A DNA stretch of 63,435 bases, filler included. It is 5 parts of 5 records of this genome, joined end to end, with 100 filler letters (N's around TTAATTAATTAA, not from the genome) between each part and the next. Parts side by side here need not be neighbours in the genome. Positions count along the whole stretch, not along the records: positions 59,398 to 63,435 come from SRR20825010_2458; 4 more parts are not named here. One strand, 5' to 3'. The notes under the pieces were generated by a model. The model ran no database searches, was not told the DNA's origin, and saw only the letters and a program-made list of their open reading frames with translations. A program made the translations under genes and the position numbers. Position 1 is the first letter of the stretch; every line of letters starts with the position of its first letter. This document shows, piece after piece, positions 61,125 through 63,435 of this stretch.

Positions 61125-62185
61125 CGATCAAGCCCCGCAATCATGACAGTGCCATCGGCGTCGCTGACCACTTCGCCGATGTTGAAGACGGCTTCCCCCT
61201 TGTAGGTGAGGAAGGCGCTGACCTTTTCGGCCTCCGCAGCCGGGACCACGGCGATCATGCCGATGCCGCAGTTGAACGTGCGCGCCATCTCGGCTGCGGC
61301 CACCCCGCCTTCGCGCATCAGCCAGCCGAAGACCGGCGGCAGATCCCAGGCGGCGGTGTCCAGGTGGACTCCCAACCCGTCTGGCAGCACGCGGGGAATA
61401 TTCTCCGTCAGGCCACCACCGGTGATGTGGGCCAGGGCGGAAATGCTGCCCAGCCTGATCGCAGCCAGCAGGTTCCGCACATAGATCCGGGTTGGTGTCA
61501 GCAGGCTTTCGCCCAGACTGATCGACGGATCATAGGGTGCGGGCGCCGTCAGATCGGCCCCGCTGCGTTCAATGATTCGCCGCACCAGGGAAAATCCGTT
61601 CGAATGGATGCCCGACGATGCAATGCCCAGAATGCGGTCACCGGGCCGAATCGCGTCACTGTTGGGCAACAGGCCATCGCGTTCCACCGCCCCGACGCTG
61701 AACCCGGCCAGGTCGTATTCGCCGGGTCGATAAAGGCCAGGCATCTCCGCCGTTTCGCCGCCGATCAGGGCGCAGCCGGACTGGCGACAACCTTCTGCAA
61801 TGCCTGCGACGACATCCGCCGCCTGGTCCACCGAAAGCGCACCCGTCGCGAAATAATCGAGGAAGAACAATGGCTCCGCCCCCTGCACGATCAGGTCGTT
61901 GACGCACATGGCGACCAGATCCTGCCCCACCGTGTCATGCCGCCCGACATCCGCCGCCAGGGTCAGCTTGGTGCCCACGCCATCGGTGGCCGCAACCAGC
62001 AAGGGGTCGGAATAACCGGCCGCCTTCGGGTCGAACAGCCCGCCAAACCCGCCAATGGCACCCAGGGAACCGGGACGGTTGGTGGATGCGGTATCGGCCT
62101 TGATGCGGTCGACCAGTGCGTTGCCGGCATCGACATCGACGCCCGCATCGCGGTATGTGAGTCCGTTCGTGATGACGCCCTCCAA
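61112..62185 (-). CDS. purM: Phosphoribosylformylglycinamidine cyclo-ligase (start uncertain, 62173-62185)
   Basis: [52 protein letters not shown]. Confidence 0.95.
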   Translation of the reverse strand: MEGVITNGLTYRDAGVDVDAGNALVDRIKADTASTNRPGSLGAIGGFGGLFDPKAAGYSDPLLVAATDGVGTKLTLAADVGRHDTVGQDLVAMCVNDLIVQGAEPLFFLDYFATGALSVDQAADVVAGIAEGCRQSGCALIGGETAEMPGLYRPGEYDLAGFSVGAVERDGLLPNSDAIRPGDRILGIASSGIHSNGFSLVRRIIERSGADLTAPAPYDPSISLGESLLTPTRIYVRNLLAAIRLGSISALAHITGGGLTENIPRVLPDGLGVHLDTAAWDLPPVFGWLMREGGVAAAEMARTFNCGIGMIAVVPAAEAEKVSAFLTYKGEAVFNIGEVVSDADGTVMIAGLDRWHD

Positions 62186-62236
62186 CAGCTCGGCTAAAAT
62201 GTTGGCCGACGATGCCGCCAACGGAGTCTGATTGCA

Positions 62237-63409
62237 ATGCCTGGACACGTCCTGCGCCATCTGTCGCGCCTGTTACCCGATCCGGGTACGGTCCGCGCAT
62301 GGGTCATCGGCCGGATTCTGCTGCTCGCCCTGGCTTGCGCATCGGTGGGTGGTGCGGCGGCATCCGACCTGTACACCGTGTTCGCCGTTCCGGTGGATGT
62401 GGTCGCTGAAAGTGCGGATGTCGCAAAGCAGCAGGGGGTCGCCACGGCCCGGCTGCAGGCCGCACAAAGCCTGATGCAACGCCTGACACGCCAGGCTGAC
62501 TGGCCGACCCTGCCTGTCCCGGATGAGGTGACGCTGGCGCAGATGGTCAAGTCCTTCCGGGTCGCGAACGAGAAGACCGCACCGGATCGCTATATCGCCG
62601 ACCTGACATTCACGTTCGAGCCACCTGCCGTGCGCGCCCTGCTGAACAGCGCCGGCATTGCCTTTACCGAAACCCGCGCGCTGCCGGCGCTGATCCTGCC
62701 GGTGCTGCGCGCCGGGGGGGACATGGTGCTCTGGGCCGACCCCAATCCATGGCTGGAAGCATGGGCCAGGTTCGACGGGCGGGACAGGCTGGTCCCCATT
62801 GTTGCGCCATTCGGCGATGTCGATGACGTGCTGACCATCAGCGCCGAACAGGCGGTGACAGGTGCGGGGGCGGCGCTGGACAAGGCTGCGCAGCGGTATC
62901 GGGCGGAGGGTGTGCTGGTGGCAGACGCATCCCTGTTCGTGAATGCCGAACTGCAGACCGCGCGGCTGGATATCGTGCTCTACAGCTTTGGCCCGGACCC
63001 CTATCCGGTCGTGATCCGCAGCTTTGAAAGTACGCCCGATGCCGATGTCGCCGCCTTCATGAATGCCGCCGTCGATCTGATGGTCGTGGAGATCGAGGAC
63101 CTTTGGAAGCAGCGCAGCATCCAGAGTTTTGGCGACGTGCGACGGCTGAGTGCGCTGGTGCGGATCACCGGCCTGGCCGACTGGCAGGATCTGGAGCGCA
63201 CCGTTGCCGCCGTATCGCTGGTGCGGCAGGTGGAACTGGCCCAGATTTCGATAGGCGACGCCATTGTGGTCCTGCATCACCTGGGTGACACGGCCTTGCT
63301 GACCCGGGCGCTGGCGCAGCAGAATCTGGCACTGGAAGAAAATGACGGATACTGGACCCTGCGCCGACAGGGTGGCGCGGCAGCCAACGGAGGGGATACC
63401 CGCCAGTGA
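62237..63409 (+). CDS. DUF2066-type exported protein
   Basis: Signal-like N-terminus, [23 protein letters not shown]; divergent from purM as commonly seen. Confidence 0.7.
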   Translation: MPGHVLRHLSRLLPDPGTVRAWVIGRILLLALACASVGGAAASDLYTVFAVPVDVVAESADVAKQQGVATARLQAAQSLMQRLTRQADWPTLPVPDEVTLAQMVKSFRVANEKTAPDRYIADLTFTFEPPAVRALLNSAGIAFTETRALPALILPVLRAGGDMVLWADPNPWLEAWARFDGRDRLVPIVAPFGDVDDVLTISAEQAVTGAGAALDKAAQRYRAEGVLVADASLFVNAELQTARLDIVLYSFGPDPYPVVIRSFESTPDADVAAFMNAAVDLMVVEIEDLWKQRSIQSFGDVRRLSALVRITGLADWQDLERTVAAVSLVRQVELAQISIGDAIVVLHHLGDTALLTRALAQQNLALEENDGYWTLRRQGGAAANGGDTRQ

Positions 63410-63435
63410 GCCCGCAGCGCCAAGCCAGTTTCTGG
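63406..63435 (+). CDS. Start of the next gene ([10 protein letters not shown]), possibly an AI-2E/PerM permease
   Basis: GTGA overlap with the upstream stop; identity inferred from synteny only. Confidence 0.35.
   Translation, partial: MSPQRQASFW

Noticed and set aside
29502-63288. Long antisense or alternate-frame ORFs (e.g. 29955-31007, 46418-47578, 49997-51214, 60893-62197, 62273-63280)
   Set aside because: Shadow ORFs of well-conserved genes, caused by codon bias in GC-rich DNA; no motifs of their own.

Overview
The window is not one locus. It holds five unrelated contigs joined by 100-nt N-linkers containing TTAATTAATTAA (11303-11402, 29394-29493, 40087-40186, 59298-59397), so nothing can be linked across the gaps. 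Taxon labels are my impression from gene content and composition. (1) 1-11302, AT-rich, Flavobacteriaceae-like: an ICE-type regulatory/excision module (TPR-AraC, AraC, RteC, HTH excisionase, replication-type protein, ATPase cut by an IS21-like end), a head-to-head fusion of a truncated hypothetical gene with an IS110 remnant, and a thioredoxin-ApbE-DUF4266-DUF3570 module. That module is bracketed by attC-like inverted boxes; one abuts the IS110 end and the other is hit by a group II intron. (2) 11403-29393, Cytophagales-like: RND/TolC, MltF-like, CrtD-like, a hydroxyproline catabolic operon and a kynurenine operon. Each operon carries a four-helix-bundle gene enclosed by inverted short-tandem-repeat arrays. 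(3) 29494-40086, Marinobacter-like housekeeping and c-di-GMP genes. (4) 40187-59297, Betaproteobacterium (Limnobacter-like): pilQ-aroK-aroB-dgt, a RAYT-like transposase lacking its HUH motif with a REP-like palindrome before gltBD, a pseudokinase-like ORF, mscS, uvrA, MFS, ssb. (5) 59398-63435, GC-rich Alphaproteobacterium: mtnA plus class II aldolase, purMN, DUF2066. Best candidates for undescribed biology are the repeat-flanked four-helix-bundle insertions, the Bacteroidota attC-like cassette architecture and the domesticated RAYT. No database searches were run; family calls come from recognised motifs.
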